From a virus (lineage: Duplodnaviria > Caudoviricetes), in IMG/VR virus record IMGVR_UViG_3300028533_000484, positions 32,001-96,000 of that record: a DNA stretch of 64,000 nucleotides; one strand, 5' to 3'. Both the position numbers and the translations under genes were made by a program. Positions 18,986-28,788 of the stretch are shown piece after piece (the stretch's first letter is position 1; each line of letters starts with the position of its first letter). The notes under the pieces were generated by a model, which searched no databases, was not told where the DNA came from, and saw only the letters and a program-made list of their open reading frames with translations.

Positions 18986-20689
18986 GTGAATACCAAAATA
19001 TATTACAAAGCCTTAAATATAGAAGATCCTTGCAATATGACTACTGAAGAGATAAAGAGATGGGAAAAACTAATATCTCTATCACCGACTGCAAGAGGTT
19101 ATGTAGTAAAGGCCTCTGAGCAAGGTGTTGATATACTTTTTTGCTATTCCAAAGAAAATCTGTATCAAAGGTACAACAGTCATTTTGACATTCTGACAAT
19201 CTCTGAATTTTTAGGATTACATCCAAAAAAAGTTATTTTAAAAGGACACGAAGCAAACTACTATACAGAAAAAGATGTTGCAATTTTAGATGATTTCATG
19301 AAAAAGGATAAAAAGGAAATTGCCAAAATTGTAGCAGAACAAAATAGTATCAAAAAGTATGGTGTAAAAAGTTACAAACAAACTGAAAATTATAGAAGAA
19401 CTGTTTCCTCAAATGTTAAGAAAACTTGGCAAAAAACAGGTTATAGAGATAATATATCTTCAAAGGTAAAAGAAACGTACAGAAACAAATCCGAAAAGGA
19501 AAAGCTTCTGAAAAAAGATCACATAAAATTAGCTTTAAAAAGTGCCAATCAACAAAAATTGAAAAATATTGAGGAATTCAAAAACAATTTTAAACAAAAG
19601 TACGGTGAAGAACTGTTGAATCTAACAGATTTTTCCAATTATCTGGATATATGTTGGTCGAGCCTAGATGTTTTTGAAAAAAGATTAGGAATAAAGCTTG
19701 AAGTTTTTCAAAAGTACAATGCAAAGTTCATAAAAAGATCTGATGCAGAAAAAGCAAAAAAACTTCTAACATCTATTTCAAGTAACAGATCTCTTTTGGA
19801 GAATCAGGTTATGACCTTTGTAAAATCTATTTACACAAGTAATGTAAGATGTAATGATCGAAAACTGCTAGGTAACGGAAAAGAATTAGATGTCTTCATT
19901 CCTGAGAAAAATCTAGCTATAGAATTCGATGGAATTTACTGGCATTCCGATGCTCCAGGAACAGCAATTTGTGAAGTTCCTAGTAAAGAGTCCCGGGATT
20001 TTGCAGCTTATAGAGGTCTAGAAAAAACAAAAGCTTGTGAAGAGAAAGGTATAAGACTTATACACATTTTTGAGGATGATTGGATTCTAAAAAATGATAT
20101 CGTAAAGTCAATCATCAGAGCGGCTCTTGGACAATTTGAAAATAGAGTGTTTGCAAGAAAGTGTACAATTCAGGAACTTAGTGTTCCTGAATATAGATCT
20201 TTTTTGGAAAATAATCATCTGCAAGGTTACAGTTATGCAGATGTTAGACTCGGTCTTTTCTACAACAATGAGTTACAGGAATGTATCGGCGTGCATACAA
20301 AAGGTACTCACGATAATAAACTGCCAGAACTTGTAAGACTGTGCACAAAGCAAAATACTCAAGTTTTAGGAGGTTTTGGAAAACTCTTAAAAGCTTGCAA
20401 TTTGCCAAAAATCTGTTCATACATTGATAGAGGTACATTTGCAGGTAATGGATATAAAGCAGTCGGCTTCACTGTCGAAAGTATAAACAATCCTACATAT
20501 TTTTACGTCAAAGGTTTTAAAAGGTTTCCAAGATACAACTTTACAAGAAAGTGCATAGAGAGACTTTTTAATAAAGGCCAGTTGAAATACTGGAATCCAG
20601 AAGAAACCGAGGAAATAAATATGTACAAAAACGGTTATTCAAGAATTTGGAACTGTGGCACAGTTAAAGTTGTATGGTCTAAAGTTTGA
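18986..20689 (+). CDS. Free-standing putative homing endonuclease (Vsr/DUF559-like nuclease plus Hef-like C-terminal domain)
   Basis: KKYGV repeat-type N-terminus; ELDVFIPEKNLAIEFDGIYWH and GIRLIHIFEDDW; C-terminal FLENNHLQG..ELVRLC..GGFGKLL..SYID..GNGY..RIWNCG; lies antisense between the terL halves. Confidence 0.8.
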   Translation: MNTKIYYKALNIEDPCNMTTEEIKRWEKLISLSPTARGYVVKASEQGVDILFCYSKENLYQRYNSHFDILTISEFLGLHPKKVILKGHEANYYTEKDVAILDDFMKKDKKEIAKIVAEQNSIKKYGVKSYKQTENYRRTVSSNVKKTWQKTGYRDNISSKVKETYRNKSEKEKLLKKDHIKLALKSANQQKLKNIEEFKNNFKQKYGEELLNLTDFSNYLDICWSSLDVFEKRLGIKLEVFQKYNAKFIKRSDAEKAKKLLTSISSNRSLLENQVMTFVKSIYTSNVRCNDRKLLGNGKELDVFIPEKNLAIEFDGIYWHSDAPGTAICEVPSKESRDFAAYRGLEKTKACEEKGIRLIHIFEDDWILKNDIVKSIIRAALGQFENRVFARKCTIQELSVPEYRSFLENNHLQGYSYADVRLGLFYNNELQECIGVHTKGTHDNKLPELVRLCTKQNTQVLGGFGKLLKACNLPKICSYIDRGTFAGNGYKAVGFTVESINNPTYFYVKGFKRFPRYNFTRKCIERLFNKGQLKYWNPEETEEINMYKNGYSRIWNCGTVKVVWSKV

Positions 20690-21017
20690 CCTCTGGTGCA
20701 TTAGACTCATCATAAATCTCTATTTCTTTTCCTTCCTTTAACCAATCTATCAACTGCAAAGTATTTACAACCTGCCAGTTCCATTCTCCTTTTTCATTTT
20801 TATCTATTGCAACTTTCCACAAATGGTTGTCAGACGATCTTACTTTTCTACCATCATCTAGCTCAATTTCAAAAATATCTCTTTTACCTTGAGGGAATAT
20901 ACCTATTACTTCTGTTTCACCTTCTGTAGGGGATTTTATTTTATCTCCCAATTGAACATCTTTCATTTCGTAATAGGTACCATCTGCTTTCATTATTTTA
21001 GAATACATTGGTTGAGC
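20679..21017 (-). mobile_element. Split intein N fragment (IntN, 112 aa, Ala1)
   Basis: AQPMYSKIMKADG...VQLGDKI...IFPQGKRDIFEIELDDGRKVRSSDNHLW. Confidence 0.9.
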
Positions 21018-21788
21018 ATTTCCCAACAAGTGTCCTTCAGTAGACATCATCTTTAACTGAAGATTGTTTCTAAACAACATTCTAGCAGAACCGCGACCTG
21101 CTGTTGAATAAATAATTTTACTACAAGAAGGATCTAGTTTATCTGCGTTAACAACATCGTCACGACGACCAACTTTTTCAAATATTGGACTTTGCTCAAT
21201 AAACTGCTCAAAAGGAGTACCTAACAAGTCCCATACTTTACCTAAACTATAACTGGCTAAAGCTACACAATAACTTGTCATCGCAGAATGCCCCAATAGC
21301 TTAAAAGGTTCTCTCATCAAACAAAAGTGAACCATATCATAGGATACGCACAAGTTGGAAAGCAAGGATTTTCCCCAGCCGATACTGGTTGAAAGAGCTA
21401 AACCTCTTTTAGGATTCAATGGATTTGGATCCATGAATTCGCAAAATGCTTTTTTAACATTAGGCCATAAACCTTCAGCTTGTGCACCTATCCATTCTGG
21501 AGTTAAATATTCTTCGGGAGTTGGAGGTTTTCTTTTATAAGATAATCTCCATCCTTCATTTGCAATTAAATCCTTATAATCGTTGTTTAAATCCGCAGTA
21601 GCTAACCAGTTTAATGCAGCTCTAATATTTCCAATACCAACCGACTCTATTTCAGGTCTTTCTAAAGCTTTTGGATCACCAGCTAAAGCATCAATAAGAA
21701 TATCTGCTAAATTGTCGTCAAATGTTTGGAAATGCATATTCTTATCATTTAACTTTTTTGCTTCTGCTAATCTCAGTGTGTTACTCAT
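20679..21788 (-). CDS. terL: Terminase large subunit N-terminal (ATPase) part, fused to a split-intein N fragment
   Basis: Walker A STSIGWGKS; LLGN|AQPMYSKI intein block A; block B SSDNHLW. Confidence 0.9.
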   Translation of the reverse strand: MSNTLRLAEAKKLNDKNMHFQTFDDNLADILIDALAGDPKALERPEIESVGIGNIRAALNWLATADLNNDYKDLIANEGWRLSYKRKPPTPEEYLTPEWIGAQAEGLWPNVKKAFCEFMDPNPLNPKRGLALSTSIGWGKSLLSNLCVSYDMVHFCLMREPFKLLGHSAMTSYCVALASYSLGKVWDLLGTPFEQFIEQSPIFEKVGRRDDVVNADKLDPSCSKIIYSTAGRGSARMLFRNNLQLKMMSTEGHLLGNAQPMYSKIMKADGTYYEMKDVQLGDKIKSPTEGETEVIGIFPQGKRDIFEIELDDGRKVRSSDNHLWKVAIDKNEKGEWNWQVVNTLQLIDWLKEGKEIEIYDESNAPEVKL

Positions 21789-21875
21789 TATAAAATATTT
21801 AGTTATGTTTTAAGGGTTTGCACAAAGGAATAGCCCTTCAGCTATTGAAGGGCTTTAATTTGAAAAAAGATGTGT

Positions 21876-22472
21876 TTAACGTCTTCCTGAAGTAGGTCTC
21901 ATAGTTGTTTTTGATTCAAGCATTCTTTTACGTGCAGCAACACGTTTTTTAGCTTCAGCAATTCTTTTTGCACGAGCTACGCGAGCTTTTGCTTCTGAAA
22001 CTCTTTTACGTTGCTCGATTCTTTTTTTAGCTTCAGCAATTCTTTTTGCACGAGCTACGCGAGCTTTTGCTTCTGCAACTCTTTTTGCACGAAGAGCTTT
22101 ACGTTTTGCAGCTTCTTGTAATTCCTCTCCATCTTCATCTGAATCCTTGTCTGCATCTGCATCTTCATCTTCAGATTCATCTAAAGCTTCGTCTTCATCG
22201 AGGTCTTCTTCATCTTCGTCTTCAACGTCATCTTCACTTGCGAAAACTGCATCGATGTCTTCTTTTGATACAACACCGTCAGCTACAGCTGTTTCAACAA
22301 GATCGAGAATTTTACCAGCAAGATCCTCATCAGCTGTATCTTCTACATCTTCTGTAGCATCTGCTTCAATTTCAATCTCGTCTTCATCTTCTCTAAGAGC
22401 TGATTCTCTTAAGTTACGTTTAAGAATTGCTGCTCTACGAGATTTTTCAGAACCGTTTGTTCTTGCTATCAT
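21876..22472 (-). CDS. Prohead core/scaffold-like protein
   Basis: Very acidic centre, basic repetitive C-terminus, many LxE motifs, ACTAATT motif and RBS. Confidence 0.6.
   Translation of the reverse strand: MIARTNGSEKSRRAAILKRNLRESALREDEDEIEIEADATEDVEDTADEDLAGKILDLVETAVADGVVSKEDIDAVFASEDDVEDEDEEDLDEDEALDESEDEDADADKDSDEDGEELQEAAKRKALRAKRVAEAKARVARAKRIAEAKKRIEQRKRVSEAKARVARAKRIAEAKKRVAARKRMLESKTTMRPTSGRR
21945..22075. repeat. 53-bp perfect direct repeat, 78-bp period, within the CDS
   Basis: 21945-21997 equals 22023-22075; encodes EAKARVARAKRIAEAKK twice. Confidence 0.85.
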
Positions 22473-22546
22473 ATAATTATCTCCTATAGGAGCTTTCCAT
22501 TACAGAAAGCTTTTCTTACCCCTAAATTAGTGTAAAAGAAAAAATG

Positions 22547-23143
22547 TTAAAGTGTAAAACCTTTCGTAGATACTGCTGTCGTACCTAGTATATAGTAGAT
22601 TGTAAACTTTCTCAAAGTTTCTTCTTTTCTATAGATTTTCTTACACTCAGTCTGCATAAATTGTCCAAGAGTTATTTTATCTGAATACTTACACTGTTCA
22701 GAATTTATTCCATAAACAACATCTTTGTACTGAGCAAATCTTGTAGATTTGTTTAAAACAACAATGTTTCTTTCCCAGCTCTTTATGTTGTATCTAAATG
22801 CTCTGGATAATGCTTCATCCAAGTCTGCCAGATCTAAATTGCGAATCTTGTAAATGTGAAAATATTGTTCAGCTCGGTTTAAATCCTTGAGCATTTTATT
22901 TGGATTTTTCAGAAACAGAGCTTCTGAGTAACTAAAAGATGTTTGTTGTAAAAAGTTTTGTCTTGGAATTAAAATTATTCTAGCTTCTGTAAACATATTT
23001 TGATACTTCTTTTGTAATAGTTCCAGTTTTTTGCAATTAATTACATTTTCAAACACTTTTTCTGAAACAACAGTCGTTAAGTAATTCAAATACTTAATTT
23101 CTCTTTCATCAGCTGTCGAAATATTTGTAAAAATTTCTGTCAT
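22547..23143 (-). CDS. Hypothetical protein
   Basis: 198 aa; AAGGA RBS. Confidence 0.65.
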   Translation of the reverse strand: MTEIFTNISTADEREIKYLNYLTTVVSEKVFENVINCKKLELLQKKYQNMFTEARIILIPRQNFLQQTSFSYSEALFLKNPNKMLKDLNRAEQYFHIYKIRNLDLADLDEALSRAFRYNIKSWERNIVVLNKSTRFAQYKDVVYGINSEQCKYSDKITLGQFMQTECKKIYRKEETLRKFTIYYILGTTAVSTKGFTL

Positions 23144-23240
23144 TTTTTATTCCTTTTTTGAAAGGTAGCTTTGATAAAAAACTATATTATAGATATAATA
23201 TAGTTAAGGTTACTAATTAATTATTACAAAGAGGTATAAA

Positions 23241-24239
23241 ATGAATTCAACAAAATACGTAGCAGATTATGACACACATGGTATTGTTAAGATTGAAGAA
23301 ATCATAGAAAACAAATACTTAGAGGAAGCAAAAGCTTATAGAGATCTTTTTAAGGAACTTACACTTAGTGGTAATGTTACAAGATCAAATAGATCTGAAG
23401 AAGATCTTCAAAAGGATGTAGAAGCTACAGAACTTTTAAAAGAGTTGTCTACTGGTTTAAATCATCCTCTTGCTTGGGGATTTATGCTTTACAATGAAGC
23501 TTCTATTACAAAGATTTATTGGACACAACGTGTTGGTAAACTTCGACAAGATAAAAGAGAATTCTTCAATAAAGATAAGTATTTAGAATGGCTTACAGAG
23601 ATACACGCAGTACTTATCAAAGGCCATACAAAATACACAGATCCATTGTACTACTATAAACTGGGTAAAAAGTCAAGAGCAGGTGAAGTTGTTGGAGATT
23701 ACGATGTTATGAATAGTTTCCGTACACACTGGAATATGTACTTCCTTCCAATCTTAGCAATGTATCTATATGCGGAAGATCAAAAGTACAACGATTACGG
23801 TATCAGTATTGATGCTGCTCTTGAGAACGAGAATGGTGCTGGAAATCACTTAGAAGCAGAACTTGCAAGACATGTAAAATCTTACACTGCTGAAGATCAA
23901 GCATCATTTATTGCAATTGAGAATTTCTTAAGATCTTTTACAAAAGCTCCTTTAAATCAGCCAATTCCATTAAATACTGGTGCTAAAGCAGCTGGTGTAA
24001 CTTATCGAGAAATTATGCTTTCAATTGTTGATGGAACTTGGACATCAGGAAAAGCTGCTTACGAAAAGTTCTTAATTGGACCAAGTATTCAAGCAAAGGT
24101 ACTTCAAAAAATTAAGTTTGAAATGGGTAAACACGGTTTCAGTCTTGAAGAATTCGGAAGATATCTAGAAGATTATCGTACGACAGCAATTGATATCTTA
24201 AACGGTATCGATGCATCGTTTAGCTTTGAAGATGCTTAA
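23241..24239 (+). CDS. Hypothetical protein (late-type promoter)
   Basis: 332 aa; ACTAATT motif and GAGG RBS; terminator at 24294-24316. Confidence 0.75.
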   Translation: MNSTKYVADYDTHGIVKIEEIIENKYLEEAKAYRDLFKELTLSGNVTRSNRSEEDLQKDVEATELLKELSTGLNHPLAWGFMLYNEASITKIYWTQRVGKLRQDKREFFNKDKYLEWLTEIHAVLIKGHTKYTDPLYYYKLGKKSRAGEVVGDYDVMNSFRTHWNMYFLPILAMYLYAEDQKYNDYGISIDAALENENGAGNHLEAELARHVKSYTAEDQASFIAIENFLRSFTKAPLNQPIPLNTGAKAAGVTYREIMLSIVDGTWTSGKAAYEKFLIGPSIQAKVLQKIKFEMGKHGFSLEEFGRYLEDYRTTAIDILNGIDASFSFEDA

Positions 24240-24349
24240 AGTAAAAAGTTAAAAATAGAGAGCTAAAAAAGTTAAAATTTAAAAAATTGATTTAGGCTAC
24301 TGGCAACAGTAGCCTTCCCTTTACTATATTTCTGTTTAAGGAGTAATCT

Positions 24350-24871
24350 ATGGAAACAAACAAAGATGTAGTGGATCTTTCAGAAGATAAAAAGAAAGAA
24401 GTTGAAGCTAAGCTACAGGAAGCTATAAAAAATTGGGAGGATGTAGAAAAGTTTAAGCTTGAAAGTTTTAATAAGCTTCAAAAACTTTACGAAACTGCTA
24501 GTCCAGATCTTATAGAGAAAGTGAATAAGAAGTTCCTAGAGGCTGTAGCTGCAACAGGTAGCACATTTAAAGAAATTGGAAAAGAGTTTTTTGAAAGAAT
24601 GAATGAGGCTTTCAAAGATGTTTTCAAACAGATTCCTACAGATAGAGTACTTGATGCAAGAACTCGTAATTTGTATACAGCTATTGCACTTTCACTTTTT
24701 GGCGATATTGAAGACTTTATGAAAACAGATGAAACTAGAGAACAAGCTTTAATGCATGTTAATTTCATCAATGCTGCTTTTAGAGCAAAAGGTATTCGTT
24801 ATAATGGATGTAAAGCACAGTGGGATGCAGAAGATAAAGCCCTCAAAGAAATGAAACAATCCTTATCGTAA
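24350..24871 (+). CDS. Hypothetical helical protein
   Basis: ACTATATT motif and AAGGAG RBS. Confidence 0.75.
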   Translation: METNKDVVDLSEDKKKEVEAKLQEAIKNWEDVEKFKLESFNKLQKLYETASPDLIEKVNKKFLEAVAATGSTFKEIGKEFFERMNEAFKDVFKQIPTDRVLDARTRNLYTAIALSLFGDIEDFMKTDETREQALMHVNFINAAFRAKGIRYNGCKAQWDAEDKALKEMKQSLS

Positions 24872-24882
24872 CTAGATAAAGT

Positions 24883-25437
24883 ATGACAGAAGTTTCATTT
24901 AGAAAGTTGTCTAGAGAGATTGCGGAAACAACAGCTTTGCCAAATCTACCTAGACTTCCCAACCCGATAAAAGACATAAAAAGAGCAATTGAGACAATTA
25001 CAGACTTACCTTCTGTTGCAACATATACTCCAGTAACTACAAAATGCGGTTTAGGTAAAACTCAAGGAACAAAAGGTCAAGCTAGAGGAATGGAGTTTGA
25101 TTCATATTGGGAATTTGCTTGGTACATATACCAAGTGGATATTCTTGGGAACGTAGTTATTAGAAATACGACCGATAGTTTTACATATACAAACGAAAAT
25201 AATGAAAATGCTAGATTTTATCCTGACTTCAAGATGCAAGGACAGTATCACGAAATAAAAGGTATTTTCAGAACTAACGATATTTTAAAACAAGATGCAA
25301 CTTTAGGTTTAGTAACATTCTGGGGACCAAACGAAATGAAACCTATAATGAAAGAGGTTTATGAGAAGTTTCCAGACTGGAAAAACGAATATGTGGAGAT
25401 GTCTCACGCAACAAAATATGGAAAAACCAAACTATAA
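24883..25437 (+). CDS. PD-(D/E)XK endonuclease-like protein
   Basis: FDSYWE...FYPDFK...HEIKG. Confidence 0.7.
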   Translation: MTEVSFRKLSREIAETTALPNLPRLPNPIKDIKRAIETITDLPSVATYTPVTTKCGLGKTQGTKGQARGMEFDSYWEFAWYIYQVDILGNVVIRNTTDSFTYTNENNENARFYPDFKMQGQYHEIKGIFRTNDILKQDATLGLVTFWGPNEMKPIMKEVYEKFPDWKNEYVEMSHATKYGKTKL

Positions 25438-25468
25438 TCTAATTTTAGAAAAAAACAAAGGAGTCTAA

Positions 25469-26044
25469 ATGATCGAAGATGTTCGTTGTAGAATTTACAA
25501 CAAAGATTTGAATTTTGATCTTACTATTCCTGACTTTTCGTCAGATGTATTAGCAAGACTATATAAAGAAGAAACAGCTTTGTCACTTCCGAATATGAGA
25601 ATTGTCCTTCCAGACAACTATGTAAATTGGCTTTTAGAGAGTGACAAGTTCGGTCCAGTACTTGAGGAAGTAGCTACATTTATTGGAATTTCAACAGAGA
25701 GGTTTGCACAAATCTTTCTACTGTACGTAATGGGAGCAAATCCAAAAGCTACAAATACTTTCTTACATCCAGAAGTAACAAAAAATAAAAAACATTTCTT
25801 AGAAGCTTTTACAGAGTTTAACAAAGCTTATATGGTTGAACCGGATAAGATTAAAAATACGATTTCGCCAGATATTATGCTTTGTGCAATTTGTTACACC
25901 TTAATGCACAAATATAGAAAATATGAGTTTGAAATTCCGGCAAATATTCTTCCTTACATGCTCACCATTCTAAACAGTGAAGAGGATCTTGAACAATATC
26001 AACCAGATGTTGAGGCTGGAGAAGGAGTATTTAGTCCTTACTAG
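25469..26044 (+). CDS. Hypothetical protein
   Basis: ACTATAAT motif and AAGGAG RBS. Confidence 0.75.
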   Translation: MIEDVRCRIYNKDLNFDLTIPDFSSDVLARLYKEETALSLPNMRIVLPDNYVNWLLESDKFGPVLEEVATFIGISTERFAQIFLLYVMGANPKATNTFLHPEVTKNKKHFLEAFTEFNKAYMVEPDKIKNTISPDIMLCAICYTLMHKYRKYEFEIPANILPYMLTILNSEEDLEQYQPDVEAGEGVFSPY

Positions 26045-26131
26045 AATAAACAACTTCCATTGCACAAACAGTAGGTATCGTTGATACCTGCAAAAACTTA
26101 TATCACTTTTACACACTTAGGAGAAAAGGTA

Positions 26132-26464
26132 ATGGGAAAAGTAGAAACTATTAAAGAAAGGGTAGAATGGTTCTCTAATGCAAAGGATAAGACCTGCAGA
26201 GGAGTATTTAAGCAAGATGTCGGCATCAATTTCGTTCTTGACGAAATTAAAAATGCACCTATAGAGTTCGCTAGCTTAGACTCAAGAACTAATCCAAATG
26301 TTTATGCTGAGGATTATTTGGTAATCGAAACAGCAGTAACGTTAGATGAAACTGCATTAGAAAAGATTCCTTTCAGATTGTTAGATCAATCAAAATCACC
26401 AGATAACCCTGGTTACAAGATTTATAAGTTCCAGGTAGAAGAACCTTCAGAACAATTATTGTAA
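26132..26464 (+). CDS. Hypothetical protein
   Basis: ATG at 26132 after AGGAG, in frame with the listed 26081 ORF. Confidence 0.6.
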   Translation: MGKVETIKERVEWFSNAKDKTCRGVFKQDVGINFVLDEIKNAPIEFASLDSRTNPNVYAEDYLVIETAVTLDETALEKIPFRLLDQSKSPDNPGYKIYKFQVEEPSEQLL

Positions 26465-26566
26465 AGAAGTAGAAAGCCCAATAACTAAAACACTGCAATT
26501 TTGTGTTGCAGTGTTTCCTTTCTAATCATAGATATTAAAGATTATACATCCGAACTAAATTAGAAT

Positions 26567-26863
26567 ATGAATAAAATTGCAACAAATAGCGAAACCTATA
26601 CTTTGCTAATTTCGAAGTATATGAATAATTTCATCAATGATATTTCTGAAAACAAGGAAAAGGTCCTAAAGAAGCTTGAAGAGTTTCCTGGAAAGAGTCA
26701 TACACTTATTAAAAAAGCTATACTTGAAGGCCCAGATTCTTTACCTACTGATGATACAACTATCTGTAGAGATGTTTTTAATTTTATTGAGTTTTATTCG
26801 ACCGGAAAATACTCGGATAATATCGAAGTTCAGTTTGTAGGAAAAGAAAATGCTAAAGAGTAA
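26567..26863 (+). CDS. Hypothetical protein (late-type promoter)
   Basis: ACTAAAT 6 nt before ATG. Confidence 0.65.
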   Translation: MNKIATNSETYTLLISKYMNNFINDISENKEKVLKKLEEFPGKSHTLIKKAILEGPDSLPTDDTTICRDVFNFIEFYSTGKYSDNIEVQFVGKENAKE

Positions 26864-28643
26864 TCACTACAACCTTTATACAGGTATTGGAGAAAAGTTA
26901 AAGCTTTATAAAGAAAAGGTTTATAGACTCAGACCAAATGTTCAAAACGAATTTGTAGATGAGAAATATAATTGCATTGCAAAAAGACTTACTGTTCCTT
27001 TAGAGCAAGATGCAGTTTACAAAACACAATTCTTTAACGAAATGTTAGCTTGTGCTTTGCAACCTTTGAATAATGATACTCAATTCATACTTTATAATGT
27101 GGACGGCAAGATAGAAAATCCTTATAAATACTTACCAACATTGTCCGAGGATTATGCATCGATTATATGTCAAATTGAACCTGAAAAACCTTTTACAGAA
27201 ATTTCTATAGTTATATATTGTGGACCAGATATTAATAAAATTCTTCTATCTGATGGATCTGTTACAATGGACGCTGATTATGTACCTACAAAAGATACAG
27301 ATGTCATTACAAAAGAGTATGCGGATCGTCTTATAGAAAACTTTACAGCTTTTAGTTATCCACTGAAGCATTTTACAATTAAGCAAGGAAATGTAGGACC
27401 TATTGGAGCATATTGCTTTCTTGACAACAGTTTTTACGACAAAGTTCTTTTTATTAGAAATCACAATACAATGAAAAGAATGGATGATTGTGAAATTACT
27501 ACAGATAGTTTTGCTCTTCCGAATACATTTACAAAAAGTGTACAGATTGGCTTAGTTGTAGATGGAACAACTACACATACTGCTCGCATTTCTGAAATAT
27601 TAGATGGTACAGATCCAAATTGGACGCTTATGAATACCGACAACGTATATACAGGTACTGTAGATCAAATCTATTGGAGAAATGCTTATAGTCTTAGATT
27701 CAATCTAGAAAGTTTTCTTTCAAAATACAGTGCTTCTAAACCTTATATGAACATTGGTATAAAGGTTTGGGATGAGGAAGGTCATACAAGATACAGTGAT
27801 ATAGATGTATACGGTATTGATGAGTACATTGAGTCAGCTAAATCTCTAGCTAAAATTGAGTTTATTAATGAAAACTTTACAAAGTTTAAATCAAAGTTTG
27901 TATCTGGTGAAGGTTATTTTGAGAATGACCTTGATAAAGTTTACGAACTTCCAATAACACTTACAATTGAAAATAATTTTTTACAATTCTTTAGATTAAA
28001 AAATAACTTAAAGCTTTCTGTAGAAAACGATGCAGGAGAAGAAACTTTTGCTTGCGATCTTCCAATAATTTCACATCAACCTGTTGCAGGAACATTTAGG
28101 ATAAACACGAAAATTGAGTTTACACTTGCCAGTAAAACAATTCATCTAAGAGCATATAATGTAAAAAACGAGCTTATGTATGATGAAACTCTTACATTAA
28201 ATGTTGTTCCAGATAACAGTGATGAATCAAATAGAGTTACAACTCCAGCCTCATCAGAAACATATCCATCTTCTGATTACGGTAATCCTTGGGATTCGAA
28301 GGCTCCTTTACAGACTTGGGATATGAAGCTTAAGGAAGGAGAATATACTTCAAATACTTTGCAGTCTGCAGTTTGCTTTGTAACAAAACCAAAGGACTGT
28401 TATAGTCATATCAACATTGATATTGATCATGATGGAGATATGTACATTCTATCAGAAGGTAATACAGGTTGGTTGAGTTGTCAAAAAGCAGCAGATGCTT
28501 TTAAAATTCCTACGAACAATGGTCATGGATGCAAATTAAACGAAGGTTACTTTACATTTGGTAAAGTTAATTATAAAAGTAATGTGTTTATTCGTATAAT
28601 AGGAGCTACGAAAGTGGTCTTTAAATCCGCAATTTTAGGTTAG
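26850..28643 (+). CDS. Putative virion structural (tail-associated) protein
   Basis: 597 aa, beta-rich; DVITKEYAD motif; C-terminus (YFTFGK..VFIRI) resembles that of the 1670-aa protein. Confidence 0.6.
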   Translation: MLKSNHYNLYTGIGEKLKLYKEKVYRLRPNVQNEFVDEKYNCIAKRLTVPLEQDAVYKTQFFNEMLACALQPLNNDTQFILYNVDGKIENPYKYLPTLSEDYASIICQIEPEKPFTEISIVIYCGPDINKILLSDGSVTMDADYVPTKDTDVITKEYADRLIENFTAFSYPLKHFTIKQGNVGPIGAYCFLDNSFYDKVLFIRNHNTMKRMDDCEITTDSFALPNTFTKSVQIGLVVDGTTTHTARISEILDGTDPNWTLMNTDNVYTGTVDQIYWRNAYSLRFNLESFLSKYSASKPYMNIGIKVWDEEGHTRYSDIDVYGIDEYIESAKSLAKIEFINENFTKFKSKFVSGEGYFENDLDKVYELPITLTIENNFLQFFRLKNNLKLSVENDAGEETFACDLPIISHQPVAGTFRINTKIEFTLASKTIHLRAYNVKNELMYDETLTLNVVPDNSDESNRVTTPASSETYPSSDYGNPWDSKAPLQTWDMKLKEGEYTSNTLQSAVCFVTKPKDCYSHINIDIDHDGDMYILSEGNTGWLSCQKAADAFKIPTNNGHGCKLNEGYFTFGKVNYKSNVFIRIIGATKVVFKSAILG

Positions 28644-28732
28644 ATTAAAAAAGCTTCTGAAATATACTCAGAAGCTTTCTCTTTGTTTAGATTAGAATTA
28701 CCAATTCTGAATTTTTACTCTTTAGACAAAAA

Positions 28733-28765
28733 TAAAAGGTTGCTCTTTCGAGCAACCTTTTTATT
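28733..28765. terminator. Intrinsic terminator downstream of the capsid gene
   Basis: AAAAGGTTGCTC-TTTC-GAGCAACCTTTT. Confidence 0.85.
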
Positions 28766-28788
28766 TAATGCTTTACAAAAGCTCTAGA

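Noticed and set aside
17450-21788. Group I intron interrupting terL
   Set aside because: The insert is fully occupied by an antisense ORF with no room for a ribozyme core, and both halves carry intein blocks.
22046-22476. Ser-rich and Leu/His-rich antisense ORFs (also 56483-56812, 59609-59824)
   Set aside because: Shadow frames of acidic low-complexity genes on the opposite strand.
25469-26464. TAG read-through or genetic-code reassignment (two in-frame TAGs link consecutive ORFs)
   Set aside because: The downstream ORF has its own AGGAG and ATG at 26132; long genes are uninterrupted in code 11 and TAG ends several well-bounded genes.
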